64,000 nt of DNA, taken from Deltaproteobacteria bacterium (GTDB taxonomy: Bacteria > Myxococcota_A > UBA9042 > PHBI01 > JACKFB01). The notes beneath the pieces are model-generated. The model did not search any database. It was not told the origin of the DNA and saw nothing but the letters and a program-made list of their open reading frames with translations. A program made the translations under genes and the position numbers. How positions within the stretch are numbered: position 1 is the first letter of the stretch; each line of letters begins with the position of its first letter. Positions 18,597 through 31,341 of the stretch are shown here, piece after piece. The stretch spans positions 119-64,118 of the forward strand of contig JACKFB010000013.1 in assembly GCA_020632695.1 (NCBI GenBank), in the 5' to 3' direction.

Positions 18597-21500
18597 CTAT
18601 CCGCGGGGTTCCAGGGTGAGCCCCTTGTGGTCGGCGGAGAAGCCGGAGGCCCGAAACGCCTCGGCGAGCGGCGCCTGGCGGGCCGGCTGGCCGTCGATGG
18701 TCTCGAGCCGCAGGGCGCGACCGCGCCGATGGCGGGCGGCCGCACGCAGCGCCTCGACGAGCAGGTCGAGCCGCCCGGGCGCCGCCAGCGCCGCGAAGGT
18801 GGTCAGCGCCTTGTGGCCCCGCTCGAGGAAGGCCACCGGCTCCCCGGCCACCAGCACCACCCGCGCCCCCGCCGCTCGCCGAGGCCGCCCGCCCTCGGCG
18901 ACGGTCTGGGGCCAGGCCACCGTGACCCCGAAGGGGCAGGCCGGGTCGGTCGCGGCCAGCAGCAGCCCCCGCTCGGCCTCGGTGCCGGCCTCGTGCTCCA
19001 TGCGCGCCGAGCGCAGCCGGTCCACGGCGCCGGGCCAGGCGAACTGGGCGCCGCCCAGCCCCTCGACGAAGTAGCCTCGGCGGATGCGGCCGGCCTCCTC
19101 CATCGCCCGGAACACCCGATAGATGCTCGCGAATCCGCCCACCAGCGGCTCGCTGGCCGCCACCTCGCGCGTCACCACCCCGTGGCGCTCGAGCAGCGCC
19201 ACCGCCCGCGTGTGCGCCCGCTCGGTGGCCCCGGGCGCCACCCCGAGCTGGTCGCGCACCAGGGACCACCGCCCACCCGCCAGCGCCGCCCGGCGCGGAC
19301 CGGGCCGCCGCGCCGAAGCCGTCCCGCGACCGCCCAGCGCCCGCAGCGGTTGGAAGGTGTCGTTGGTCAGCAGCCCCGCCCAGACCAGGTCCCACAGCGC
19401 CTCCAGCACGTCCTGCTCGCGGGTCTCGCCCTGCTCGCGGCTGGCCGCCAGGTGCAGCTCTTGGAAGAAGCACGCGCCGCGCGTCTCCAGGTGCGCCATC
19501 AGCGTGGCGTGGAGCGGCGAGGGCGCCTCCCACGGCGCCGGCGCGTCAAGCAGCAGACCCAGGCGCTCCCGCCGGTAGAGCGCGACGCGGCCGTCCTTGG
19601 GGCCCAGGGCCCCGTGGCCTACCCAGACGAGCTGGCCCAGCGCACCCAGCTCGTCGAGCATCCGCGGCTGGAAGTCGCGCACCCGCGCCGGCAGCATCAC
19701 CTGCTCCAGGTCGCGGAAGGACAGCGGCAGGCCCTCGAGCTGCGCGATGGCGGCCAGCAGGCGCTCGGGGCCCCCGCGGGCGTCGTCGCAGATGCCGTGC
19801 CAGGCGGGCAGAAAGCGCGCGAGCACGGCGGCCTCCACCGGGGCGACCTCCCGCCGCAGCCTGGCCAGGGTGCGCTGGCGGGCGCGGCGCAAGACCTCGG
19901 GGTCGCACCACTCGCGCTCGGTGCCCCCCGGGCGCAGCTCGCCGCGCATGAGCTGGCCCGACGCCTCGAGCGCCACGAGCACGGCCTCGACCGCGGCCGG
20001 GCGCAGCGCGTAGCGGCGGGCGACGTCGCGGGCCACGAAGGGCCCGTGGGTGCGCGCGTAGCGCTGCAGCAGCGCGGGCAGGGCCGCGTCGACCGGGTCC
20101 AGGAAGGCCAGCGGGACGCCGGGCGGCGGCTGGCAGCCCAGGGCGTCCCGGTACAGGCCCGTGTCCTCGACGGCGATGAAGCGCGCCTCGGCCCCGACCC
20201 GCAGCCCGACGGCGCGCCGGGCGGTGACCAGCTCGGCGAGCCAGGCCTCGGCGTCGCCGTCGCTGCGGGCGACGAGCTCGGCGACGTCCAGGTCGCCGAG
20301 CCGCCGCAGCACGTCGTGCAGGCCGTCGGCGTGGCGCGCGCGGTAGCCGTCGGCCAACAGCTGCAGCTCGGCCTCGAGCGCGTCGAGCACGCTGGCGTCC
20401 AGCAGCTCGCGCAGCTCCTCGTGGCCCAGGAGCTCGCGCAGCATGTGGCGGTCCAGCGTCAGCGCGTGGGCGCGGCGCTCGGCCAGCGGCGCGTCGCCCT
20501 CATAGAGGGTCGAGGCGACGAAGGCGAAGACCAGCGAGCGCGAAAACGGCGAGGCGCTGGTGGTCTCGACCTGCTCGACGCGCACCTCGCGCCGGGCGAT
20601 GGCGCGCAGCAGCTCGACCAGCGCCGGGAGATCCATCACGTCCTGGAGGCAGGCGCGGTAGGTCTCGAGCACGATGGGGAAGGCGGGGAACGCGCGGGCG
20701 ACGGCCAGCAGGCGCTGGGACTTGAGACGCTGGGCCCACAGCGGCGTGCGGGAGCCCGGGTGGCGGCGCGGGAGCAGCAGCGCCCGCGACGCGTTCTCGC
20801 GGAACTGGGCGGCGAAGAGCGAGGAGTTCCCGAGCTGTTCGACGACCAGCGCCTCGACCTGATCGGCGTCGGGCAGGAGCAGGTCCAGGTCGGGGCCGCG
20901 TTCGTCGAGGCCTTCCTCGGCCTCCACGAAGCGCAGCACGATGCCGTCGTCGGTCCACAGGGTCTGGACGTCGAAGCCCGCGGAGACCGACAGCCGCGCC
21001 TCCAACGCCAGCGCCCACGGGGCGTGCACGCGGGCGCCGAAGGGCGAGAGGATGCAGACCCGCAGGTCGCCCAGCTCGTCGCGGAAGCGCTCGATGGTGA
21101 TGGCGCGGTCGGTGGGCAGGGTGCCGGTCGCCTCGCGCTGCTCCTCCAGGTAGCGGACCAGGTTGCGGGCGGCCAGCGGGTCGAGACGCCAGTCGCTCTG
21201 GAGATGCTCCTCGGCGGCGGCCTCGTCCATGGCGCCCAGCTCGCGCACGAAGGCGCCCACCGCGCGACCGAGCTCCACCGGGCGTCCGGGCCCCTCGCCG
21301 TGCCAGAAGGGCAGGCGCCCCGGCTGACCGGGCGCCGGGCTGACGATGACGCGGTCGCGGGTGATCTCCTCGATGCGCCAGGTCGACGCGCCCAGCATGA
21401 AGGTCTGGCCCGGCAGCGACTCGTGGACCATCTCCTCGTCCAGCTCGCCCACGCGCGGGCCCTCGGGTCCCAGGTGCACGCCGAAGAGGCCGCGGTCGGG

Positions 21501-23047
21501 GATGGTGCCGCCGCTGATGGCCGCCAGCGCCTTGGAGCCCTTGCGGCCGCTGAGCGTGTCGGTGTCGCGGTCCCAGACGATGCGCGGGCGCAGGTCGGCG
21601 AAGTCGGTGGACGGGTAGCGGCCGGCCAGCATGTCCAGGACGCCGGCGAGCAGCTCGTGGGTCAGGTCGCGGAAGCTGGCGGCCCGGTGCACCATCGCCT
21701 CGAGGTCGGCGACCGGCAGCGGCTCGAGCGCGGCCATCGCGACCACGTGCTGCGAGAGCACGTCCAGCGGGTTGCGCGGCAGCCGCAGCGCCTCGATGGC
21801 GCCCTCGACCATGCGCCCGGCGACGACGGTGGCCTCCAGCAGATCGCCGCGGTGCTTCGGAAAGACGCGCCCCTTGGAGACCTGCCCCACCCCGTGGCCG
21901 GCGCGCCCGATGCGCTGCAGCCCGGAGGCCACCGAGCCGGGCGACTCCACCAGCAGGACGAGATCGACGGCGCCCATGTCGATGCCCAGCTCCAGCGAGC
22001 TGGTGGCGACGATGGCGCGGATGGTCCCGGCCTTGAGCGCCTCCTCGACGTTCTTGCGCTGGGAGTGGGAGATGCTGCCGTGGTGGGCGCCGACCAGGTC
22101 CTCGCCGGCCAGCTCGTTGAGGCGCTGGGCCAGGCGTTCGCAGAGGCCGCGGCTGTTCACGAAGACGATGGTCGTGCGGTGGGCGGAGATCAGCTCGAGC
22201 AGGCGGGGCTGGATCGCCGGCCACACGCTGGTGCGGCGCTCGGCCTCGGTGATGGGGCCGCCGCGCTCGGCGCCGAGCTCCTCGGGCAGCTCGACGCCAT
22301 CGGAGGGGCGCGTCATGTCGGGGACGGGCACCTCGATGCGCAGGTCCAGGGCGGGGCGGGCGCTGGCGTCGACGACGGCGACGGGGCGGTCGCCGCCGAG
22401 AAAGCGCGCGACCAGCTCCGGCGGGCGCACGGTGGCGGAGAGCCCGATGCGCTGGGGCTCGCGCTCGGTGAGGCGCGACAGGCGCTCGAGGGAGAGCGCC
22501 AGGTGGGCGCCGCGCTTGGTGGGCGCCAGGGCGTGGATCTCGTCGACGATGACGGTCTCGACGGTGCGCAGGGTCTCGCGCGCGGCCGAGCCCAGCAGCA
22601 GGTAGAGGGACTCGGGGGTGGTGACCAGGATCTCGGCCGGGTGGCGGACCAGGTCGCGGCGCTCCTTGGTGGTGGTGTCGCCGGTGCGGACGCCGACGCG
22701 GGGCAGGCGCAGCTCGGCGTGGCCCTGGCGGGCGGCCCGCTCGATGCCGGCCAGCGGTGCGCGCAGGTTGCGCTCGATGTCGTAGACCAGGGCCTTGAGC
22801 GGCGAGACGTAGAGCACGCGGACGCCGGGCGGGGCGTCCGGGGGCAGGCGGCTCAGCGCGTCGATGGACCACAGGAAGGCGGCCAGGGTCTTGCCGCTGC
22901 CGGTGGGCGCGATGAGCAGCACGTGCTCGCCGGCGGCGATGCGCTGCCAACCCTGGGTCTGGACCGGCGTGGGAGCGACGAAGGTGGCGTCGAACCAGGC
23001 ACGGGTGGCGGGGCCGAAGGCGTCCATGGGCGCGATGGTGGGCTGGC
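18597..23047 (-). CDS. lhr: ATP-dependent helicase Lhr (large helicase-related protein)
   Basis: ATG at 23047 (MDAFGPATRAWFDATFVAPTPVQTQGWQRIAAGEHVLLIAPTGSGKTLAAF...). Walker A, DEIH, helicase C and the long Lhr C-terminal domain are present (~1480 aa). The 345 upstream codons of the track ORF (Gly/Arg/Leu low complexity) are rejected. Confidence 0.9.
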
Positions 23048-23085
23048 GGCGTCGCGGCCGCAAGGCCCACGCGGGGAGCGCCGCG

Positions 23086-23391
23086 TCAGGGGCGGCCGGG
23101 ACCGTCGCGCGGGTCGACCGGCTGCGGATCGTGGGCGGGATCGCTGTCGAGGCGCGAGGGGGAGCCTCGCTCGGCGCAGGTGCAGACGCGGCAGCCGCGC
23201 TTGTCGATGTCGCAGACCGGGGTGCCCCAGATGCAGACGGGCGTGTACTCGACGCACTCGCCGGCGCCGTAGTCCCTGGTCTGCCGGGTGTGGCAGCCGA
23301 GCGCGCCCAGGGCCAGCAGCGCGAGGGCCGCCAGGGCGAAGAGCGCCGAGCGGGCCAGGCGGGGGCGGCGGGCGAGGGCGGGCTCCGACAT
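23086..23391 (-). CDS. Small Cys-rich secreted lipoprotein (8 Cys)
   Basis: ATG 23391 (MSEPALARRPRLARSALFALAALALLALGALGCHTRQ...CVEYTPVCIWGTPVCDIDKRGCRVCTC...). High third-codon G/C. Confidence 0.5.
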   Translation of the reverse strand: MSEPALARRPRLARSALFALAALALLALGALGCHTRQTRDYGAGECVEYTPVCIWGTPVCDIDKRGCRVCTCAERGSPSRLDSDPAHDPQPVDPRDGPGRP

Positions 23392-23543
23392 GGGGCGACG
23401 ATAGCATGGCGCCGCCGCTTGGCGCAGCATCCGTGTCGCCTGGATGCTCGGGGGCCAGCGACTTGCGCGGGCGGGCGCTCTGTCGCATCGTCTGCCGCCG
23501 AGGCTCCCCTGTGCGAGCCCACCGAACCCGACTGGAGGACCGA

Positions 23544-24425
23544 ATGAACCGTTTGGCGATGCCTGCTCTGTTGACCCTGGGCCTGATGACGGGCGGGCTG
23601 GCGCTCGGCTGCGACAAGAAGGGGGAGGGCGAGGCTGCGGCCGAAGCCACCGCCGAGAAGGTGGCCCCGGCCGAGGCGGGCGAGAAGAAGGCCGAGGAGG
23701 CCAAGCCGGCCGAGGCGACCAAGGCGGCCGAGGAGCCCGCCGCGGCGAAGGCCGACGAACCCGCCGAGGCCGCGCCCGCCAAGGCCGCCGAGGCGCCCGC
23801 CGAGGCCAGGCCCGAGGGCACGCCCGTGCCGCCCGGCTCGACCCACCCCGACCTGATGGATCCGACCAAGGCCACCGCCAAGGCGCCCGACACCTACAAG
23901 GTGAAGTTCGAGACCACCAAGGGCGACTTCACCATCGACGTCGACCGGAGCTGGTCGCCGCTCGGGGCCGACCGCTTCTACAACCTGGTCAAGGTGGGCT
24001 TCTTCGACGGCACGGCCTTCTTCCGCGTCATCAAGGGCTTCATGGCCCAGATCGGCATCCACGGCGACCCGCGGGTCGCCGCGGTGTGGAAGGACGCGCG
24101 CATCCAGGACGATCCGGGCGGCAAGCAGTCCAACGCCCGCGGCTACGTCAGCTTCGCGACCGCCGGCCCCAACACGCGGACCACGCAGTTCTTCATCAAC
24201 TTCGCCGACAACGGGCGCCTGGACCAGATGGGCTTCACCCCCTTCGGCAAGATCGACGCCGAGGGGATGCAGGTGGTCGACGCGCTCTACGCGGGCTACG
24301 GCGAGGGCGCCCCGCGCGGCCGCGGCCCCGACCAGGGCCGCATGCAGAGCCAGGGCAACGAGTACCTGGCCAAGGACTTCCCGATGCTCGACTACGTGAA
24401 GACCGCGAAGGTCGTCGGCGAGTAG
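23544..24425 (+). CDS. Peptidyl-prolyl cis-trans isomerase, cyclophilin type, lipoprotein
   Basis: ATG 23544. MNRLAMPALLTLGLMTGGLALGCDKK lipobox, then an acidic Ala/Glu/Lys linker. Cyclophilin core follows (FFRVIKGFMAQ...GYVSFA...TQFFIN). Confidence 0.85.
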   Translation: MNRLAMPALLTLGLMTGGLALGCDKKGEGEAAAEATAEKVAPAEAGEKKAEEAKPAEATKAAEEPAAAKADEPAEAAPAKAAEAPAEARPEGTPVPPGSTHPDLMDPTKATAKAPDTYKVKFETTKGDFTIDVDRSWSPLGADRFYNLVKVGFFDGTAFFRVIKGFMAQIGIHGDPRVAAVWKDARIQDDPGGKQSNARGYVSFATAGPNTRTTQFFINFADNGRLDQMGFTPFGKIDAEGMQVVDALYAGYGEGAPRGRGPDQGRMQSQGNEYLAKDFPMLDYVKTAKVVGE

Positions 24426-24486
24426 GGCGCTGGACGCGCTCTCCGGGGACGCCTCGCCCGAGGCGCGCGCGCAGCACTACGAGCAG

Positions 24487-24924
24487 GTGGCTCGGGCGCT
24501 GCGCTCGCTGCTCGAGGGTGAGGACGACTGGGTGTCGGCCATGGCCACCACGGTCTGTGAGCTGCACCACGCCTTCGACTGGTTCCACTGGACGGGCTTC
24601 TACCGGGTGGTGGCGCCCGAGCTGCTGGCGGTCGGGCCCTACCAGGGCGGGCACGGGTGTCTGCGCATCCCGTTCTCGCGGGGCGTGTGCGGAGCGGCCG
24701 CGCGCACGCGGCAGACGCAGCGCGTCGACGACGTCCACGCCCGCGCCGACCACATCGCCTGCGCCGCGACGACGCGTTCGGAGATCGTCGTCCCGGTGCT
24801 CGGGCGCGACGGGCGCGTCATCGCCGTGCTCGACGTCGACTCGGACCACCCGGCCGCCTTCAGCCAGGTGGACCAGGACGCGCTCGAGCGCCTTTGCCAG
24901 GAGCTGGGCGCCCGCTTCGGCTGA
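24487..24924 (+). CDS. GAF-domain free methionine-(R)-sulfoxide reductase (YebR/MsrC-like)
   Basis: WTGFYRVV...GPYQGGHGCLRIPFSRGVCGAAARTRQTQRVDDVHARADHIACAATTRSEIVVPV is collinear with the E. coli YebR GAF domain. GTG at 24487. The true start may lie up to about 60 nt upstream, because the frame stays open to the preceding stop. Confidence 0.8.
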   Translation: MARALRSLLEGEDDWVSAMATTVCELHHAFDWFHWTGFYRVVAPELLAVGPYQGGHGCLRIPFSRGVCGAAARTRQTQRVDDVHARADHIACAATTRSEIVVPVLGRDGRVIAVLDVDSDHPAAFSQVDQDALERLCQELGARFG

Positions 24925-24961
24925 CCGCCTCCGGTGCGCACGCCGCGGCCCGGTCGGCGTC

Positions 24962-25321
24962 TCAGGTCCGCAGGGCCTCGGCCCAGTCGGCCTCGCGGAA
25001 GCCGACCAGCACGCGGTCGCCCAGATCGAGCAGCGGTCGCTTGACCAGCTTGCCGTCGGCGGCGAGCGCCGTCAGCGCGTCCTCGTCGGACATCGTCGCG
25101 AGGCGGTCCTTGAAGCCGCCCGCCCGGTAGCTCTCGCCGCTGGTGTTGAAGAGCTTGCGCAGGGGCTCGCCCGAGCGCTGCCACAGGTCGCGGAGCGTGC
25201 CGGCGTCCGGCGGCTCGGCCACCAGGTCGCGCAGCTCGGGGGAGAACCCGTGGGAGTCGAGCCACTTGATGGCCTTCCGGCAGGTGCTGCAACGGGGATA
25301 GTGGTAGAGGGTCGCGTTCAT
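24962..25321 (-). CDS. ArsC/Spx-family reductase (YffB-like)
   Basis: MNATLYHYPRCSTCRKAIKWLDSHG..., CxxC-type ArsC-family N-terminus, 119 aa. Start overlaps the stop of the upstream peptidase (ATGA at 25318-25321). Confidence 0.8.
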   Translation of the reverse strand: MNATLYHYPRCSTCRKAIKWLDSHGFSPELRDLVAEPPDAGTLRDLWQRSGEPLRKLFNTSGESYRAGGFKDRLATMSDEDALTALAADGKLVKRPLLDLGDRVLVGFREADWAEALRT

Positions 25322-26840
25322 GGGGCGTCTCCAGGTCGGTGCTCCGCGCCCGGGGGGACGCGGGCGGTGATGGCGTCGCGAATGGGGGAAAGGCGTGCGG
25401 GGACCGGGCGCACCCGGTCGCCGCCGTCGCTGAGCTCGAGGCCCAGCTCGGCGCGCAGCGGCGCCAGGTCGGGGAAGTCCTGCGACGCCAGCCAGGGCTC
25501 GGCGATGCGGCTGAAGAGCGGCGCCTCCCACCAGTCGTCGAGGGCCTCCACCAGCTCCGCCGCCGACCAGAAGCGTCCGTGCACGCGGCAGCAGGCCTGC
25601 AGGTGCCGCATGGCGTCGTCCAGGCTGCGCCGGCCGCCGCTGGCCTCCCGCAGCGCCACGTCCCAGGCCAGGGCGATGGCCGCGCCCCCCCAGTAGACGC
25701 GCATGTAGGCGTGGCTGCTCCCCATGGCGCGGCTCTCCTCGGCCAGGCTGCGCCCGGTGCCGCCGCGCCGGCCGCGCTCGAAGCCCTCGTGCAGCCGCTG
25801 CCACGCCTCGGTCGCGGTCAGGAAGCCTGCGCGCGCGCGCAGCACCTCGCTGTAGTACATGGTGACGCCCTCGGACAGCCAGGCGTCGTCCTTGCGGATG
25901 GCGGGCATCTCCAGGTGGAAGAGCTCGTGGATGGCGATCCACTCGCCGGGCAGCGCCGGGTCGTGCGCTCGCGGATCGAGGAGCAGCAGCAGGCCCGCGC
26001 CCCCGCCGCGCATCGCCATCCCGAAGCGCACCGGGCTGTCGTCCCCGTCAGGCGACGGGATGACCAGCACCTGCGCAGGGGTCGGGTCGGTCGCCCCGAA
26101 GACCAGCGCGTTGGCGGCAGCCGAGGCCTCGAGCCAGCGCTGGATCCCCCGGTCGGTGGCGGCGCGCTCGCCGTCCAGCACCGCCACCTCCATCGGCCCC
26201 CGCTTGGAGGGCACGGTGAACCGGGACAGGCGGCCCACGGCGATCCGCGCCGTCCCGTCGAAGGCGGTGGCGTCCAGGACGCGGCTGCCGTCGTCGGCGA
26301 CGGGCCAGGGCGAAGAGGCGCTCAGGCCCTCGGGCAGCACGAAGCGCACCCGGCCGCGGTAGCCGCGAGGCAGGTCCCGGGGGCGCCACAGGAGGAGATC
26401 GGGGTCGATGAACGCGCTGGCCGCCGAGCGGCGGGCGCCGTGGCCGCCGGAGCCGGAGGCGAGCAGCGCAGCGAGGTCGATGGTGTAGTCGACGCAGGCG
26501 CCCGCGCCGGCCTCGCTCAGGTCGATGGCGCCCGAGTCGCCGTCGACGCGGAGCGCCGAGCCGCGCGGCGCCAGGACGGCGCCGACGAGCCAGCGCGAGG
26601 CCCGGGGTGAGCCCGGCACCAGCACCTCGGGCGGGTCGGCGAAGCAGGCGCGCACGCTCAGGCGGCTCAGCGCGGCGTCCGCCTCGAGGCGCCAGACGGC
26701 GTCGGGGGCGTCGGGGCCTCGCTGGGGCCCGCCCAGGGTTGCCCGCGGCGCGCAGGCGCAGCCCAGGCCAGCGCAGAGCAGGATGATCGCAGCGAGGACC
26801 GGCGCGTCCCAGGCGGCCTCAGCGCGCCGCGCACCGCGCC

Positions 26841-26844
<4 letters not shown>
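25318..26844 (-). CDS. Zinc metallopeptidase (HExxH) lipoprotein, family uncertain
   Basis: ATG 26844 overlaps the hisD stop (ATGA). MRRGARRAEAAWDAPVLAAIILLCAGLGCACA signal. GEWIAIHELFHLEMP contains HExxH. The track ORF 25318..27645 is a read-through across hisD in another frame. Confidence 0.65.
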
Positions 26845-28095
<1,251 letters not shown>

Positions 28096-28103
<8 letters not shown>

Positions 28104-29388
28104 CGCCGCTCCCTCCCCCGGCCAGCGCCCCCGGCTTGGCGTCGCCCGCCCGCCGCGTCACGCCCAGCGCGCGCCGGTCCAGCTCGCGCTCCACCGCCTC
28201 CAGGTCCACCCCGGCCCGCGCCAGGGCCACCATCGCGAAGTAGAGCACGTCGGCCGCCTCGGCCGCGACGTGCTCCGGCCCGGTGGCGTCGGCGAGCTCG
28301 CCGGCCTCCTCGATGAGCTTGGCCCGCAGCAGCGCCGGGTCGCCCAGCAGGCGCGCCGTGTAGCTGCCGGGCGGCGCCGACGCGGCCCGCGCGCGCAAGG
28401 TCTCGGCCAGGGCCGGGAGGCCGCCCAGCTCGCCCCAGCAGCTCGTCGTGTCCAGGTGGCAGAATCCCGGGGGCGCCTGGCGCACCACGAAGCGCAGCGC
28501 GTCGCGGTCGCAGTCGAGGTCGATGGCGAGAAGCTCCTGGGTGGCGCCCGAGCTCTCGCCCTTCGTCCACAAGCCGCCGCGCGAGCGCGACCAGTACACG
28601 CCGCGGCCCGTCTCCACCGCCCGTGCCAGGCTCCGGGCGTTGGACCACGCCAGCCCCAGCGCCCGGCCGTGCACGTCGCAGATCACCGTCGCCCAGAGCC
28701 CGTCCGGCCGGTCGGTGCGCAGCGGCGCCGCGATGGCCTCGCCCAGCGACAGCCGCCCCGTGTACAGCGCCATGCCCACCTGCGCGTCGGCGCCCAGCCG
28801 GTCCAGCTCGGCGATCTCGGCCGCGGTCGTCACCCCGCCGGCGATGGTCACCCGCGCGGGTCCCGCCGCCTCGACGATGGCCTGGACGCGCCCCATGTCG
28901 GTGCCGCCCAGCCGCCCCTCGCGCTCGACGAAGGTGACCAGGAAGCCGCTGACGTGCTCGCGCAGCTCGGCGATGCGCTCGAGGATCCCCCGGCCGGTGC
29001 CCTTGCGCCAGCCCTCGACCACCACCTCGCCGTCGCGGGCGTCCAGCGCCGCGATGAGCCGCTCCTTGGGCAGCCTCGACAGCAGCTCGGGCCGCGCCGC
29101 CGTGCCCAGGATGATGCGCCGCGCGCCCGCGTCGAGCCAGCGCCTCGCCGTCTCCTCGTCGCGGATGCCGCCGCCCACCCGGCACGCCGCCTCGCGGCAC
29201 AGCGCCTCGATCAGCTCGCGGTTGCTGCCCTGCCCGAGCGCCGCGTCCAGGTCGATGACCGCCACCTCGCCGGCCAGCCGGAAGCGCCGCGCGATGGGCA
29301 GCGGATCGCCCGCGTCGATGGCCCGCTTCTCGCCGCCGATGAGCTGGACGGCCTGCCCCTCCATGAGGTCGATGGACGGCACGATCAT
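28096..29388 (-). CDS. hisA: Fused HisA (ProFAR isomerase) – HisI (PR-AMP cyclohydrolase) – HisE (PR-ATP pyrophosphatase)
   Basis: N-terminus is [16 protein letters not shown]...GGGIR (HisA barrel). Middle is [66 protein letters not shown] (HisI). C-terminus is [22 protein letters not shown]...EEAGELADA (HisE). Confidence 0.88.
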
Positions 29389-30140
29389 CGGCGCACCTCG
29401 AGGCCGGCGGCCGCCATCTCGCGCTTGACGTCGTCGACGGTCATCTCGCCGTAGTGGAAGATGCTGGCCGCCAGCACGGCGCTCGCCCCGGCCGCCAGCG
29501 CCTCGATGAGGTGCGCCGACGACGCCGCGCCGCCCGAGGCGATGACCGGCACCCGCACCGCGTCGCTGACCGCCCGCAGCAGCGTCGTGTCGTAGCCGGA
29601 CTTCGTGCCGTCGCGGTCCCAGCTCGTCAGCAGGATCTCACCGGCTCCGCGGGCCACCCCGTCGCGCGCCCACTGCACCGCGTCGATGCCGGTGCGGTGC
29701 GTCCCCGAGCGGGTCACCACCTCGAAGCCCCCATCGGCGCGCGCCGCCGCGTCCAGGGCCAGCACCGTGCACTGGCAGCCGAAGCGGGTCGCCAGCTCCT
29801 CGAGGATCTCCGGCCGCTCGACCGCCGCCGTGTTCACCGACACCTTGTCGGCGCCGGCGTCGAGCAGCCGCGCGGCGTCGTCGACCCGGCGCACGCCGCC
29901 GCCCACGGTCAGCGGGATGCGCAGCACCTCGCGCACGCGCCGCACCGTGTCGACGGCGTGGCCGCGGCCCTCGGGGGTGGCCGACACGTCCAGGATCACC
30001 AGCTCGTCGGCGCCCTGCTCCTCATAGGCGGCGGCGCGCTCGGCCGGGTCGCCCGCGTCGCGCAGGCCCTGGAACTTGATGCCCTTGACCACGCGTCCGT
30101 CGCGCACGTCGAGGCAGGGGATGATGCGGACGGTGAGCAT
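29385..30140 (-). CDS. hisF: Imidazole glycerol phosphate synthase cyclase subunit
   Basis: [20 protein letters not shown]... 251 aa HisF. ATG 30140. Confidence 0.92.
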   Translation of the reverse strand: MLTVRIIPCLDVRDGRVVKGIKFQGLRDAGDPAERAAAYEEQGADELVILDVSATPEGRGHAVDTVRRVREVLRIPLTVGGGVRRVDDAARLLDAGADKVSVNTAAVERPEILEELATRFGCQCTVLALDAAARADGGFEVVTRSGTHRTGIDAVQWARDGVARGAGEILLTSWDRDGTKSGYDTTLLRAVSDAVRVPVIASGGAASSAHLIEALAAGASAVLAASIFHYGEMTVDDVKREMAAAGLEVRR

Positions 30141-30748
30141 CAGTTGGACTCCAGCCAGCGGGTGAGCAGCGCTTGGCCCCACGCGCCGCTCAGCTCCGGG
30201 TGGAACTGGCAGGCCAGCAGCGAGCCGCGCTCCAGCGCGCCCACGAAGGGGCCGCCGTGGTCGGTCATCGCGCCGGTGTAGCCCTCGGGCATCGCCTCCA
30301 CCCGGTACGAGTTGGCGTAGTAGGCGTAGCCGTCCTCGAGCAGGCGGCTGCCCTCGAGGGGGCGCACCCGGTTCCAGCCGAGCTGCGGGATGATGAGGCC
30401 CTCGGGGAAGCGCCGCACGTGACCGGGCACTACGCCCAGGCCGGCGACGCCCGGCGTCTCGTCGCTGGACTCGAAGAGGAGCTGCAGCCCCAGGCAGATG
30501 GCCATCAGCGGTCGTCCGGCGCGCGCGCGCTCGGCCAGCGGTGCCGAGAGGCCTCGCGCGTCCAGCTCGTCCATGGCCGCCCCGAAGGCGCCCACGCCCG
30601 GCAGCATCACCCGGTCCGACGCCTCGATGTCCGCCGGGTCCTGGGTCAGGAAGGGGTCGGCGCCCGCCCGGCGCAGTCCGGCCAGCACCGAGGCGAGGTT
30701 GGCCGACCCGGTGCGCACCACGGCGACCTGCACGGCGGAACCGGCCAT
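30140..30748 (-). CDS. hisH: Imidazole glycerol phosphate synthase glutamine amidotransferase subunit
   Basis: [21 protein letters not shown]...ICLGLQLL...FHPE, a class-I glutamine amidotransferase (Cys/His). ATG 30748. Confidence 0.9.
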   Translation of the reverse strand: MAGSAVQVAVVRTGSANLASVLAGLRRAGADPFLTQDPADIEASDRVMLPGVGAFGAAMDELDARGLSAPLAERARAGRPLMAICLGLQLLFESSDETPGVAGLGVVPGHVRRFPEGLIIPQLGWNRVRPLEGSRLLEDGYAYYANSYRVEAMPEGYTGAMTDHGGPFVGALERGSLLACQFHPELSGAWGQALLTRWLESN

Positions 30749-31341
30749 CAGAGCACCCCCTTGGTGCTGGGGATGTCGCTGTGGCCGTCGCGCGCCACCG
30801 CCTGGCGCAGCGCCAGCGCCAGCGCCTTGAAGGCGCTCTCCGAGCGGTGGTGATCGTTGTCGCCGCGCAGCACGTCCACATGCAGCGAGGCGCGCGCCGC
30901 GATGGCCAGCGACTGGAACACGTGGGTGATCAGCTCGGTGTCCAGGTCGCCGATGCGCTCGCGTTGGAGGCCCAGGGCCACCTGGGGCCACGGCCGCCCC
31001 GAGAGGTCGACCACGGCCCGCGCCAGCGCCTCGTCGAGCGGGGCGTAGGCGTGACCGAAGCGCGCGATGCCGCGCCGGTCGCCCAGCGCCTGGTCCAGCG
31101 CCTGGCCCAACGCCAGCGCGCAGTCCTCGCTGGTGTGGTGGCCGTCCACCTCCAGGTCGCCGGTGCAGCGCAGCTCCAGGTCGAAGCGGGCGTGGCGCGC
31201 CAGCGTCGTCAGCATGTGGTCGAGGAACCCGATGCCGGTGGCCACGTCGGCCTGACCCGTGCCGTCCAGGTCGAGCACGAGGCGGATGTCGGTCTCGCGG
31301 GTCTTGCGCGCGAGCTCGGCGCGGCGGGCGGGCGTGGTCAT
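30748..31341 (-). CDS. hisB: Imidazoleglycerol-phosphate dehydratase (monofunctional)
   Basis: [27 protein letters not shown]...[15 protein letters not shown]...[19 protein letters not shown] signatures, 197 aa. ATG 31341. Confidence 0.9.
   Translation of the reverse strand: MTTPARRAELARKTRETDIRLVLDLDGTGQADVATGIGFLDHMLTTLARHARFDLELRCTGDLEVDGHHTSEDCALALGQALDQALGDRRGIARFGHAYAPLDEALARAVVDLSGRPWPQVALGLQRERIGDLDTELITHVFQSLAIAARASLHVDVLRGDNDHHRSESAFKALALALRQAVARDGHSDIPSTKGVL

Noticed and set aside
18627-24425. 1932 aa plus-strand ORF, and 856 aa and 346 aa minus-strand ORFs overlapping lhr
   Set aside because: They are antisense or out of frame to the well-supported Lhr helicase. Only the last 294 codons of the plus ORF (23544..24425) form a real gene, a cyclophilin. 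The 345-codon N-terminal extension of the Lhr track ORF is Gly/Arg/Leu low complexity lying upstream of the conserved MDAFGP start.
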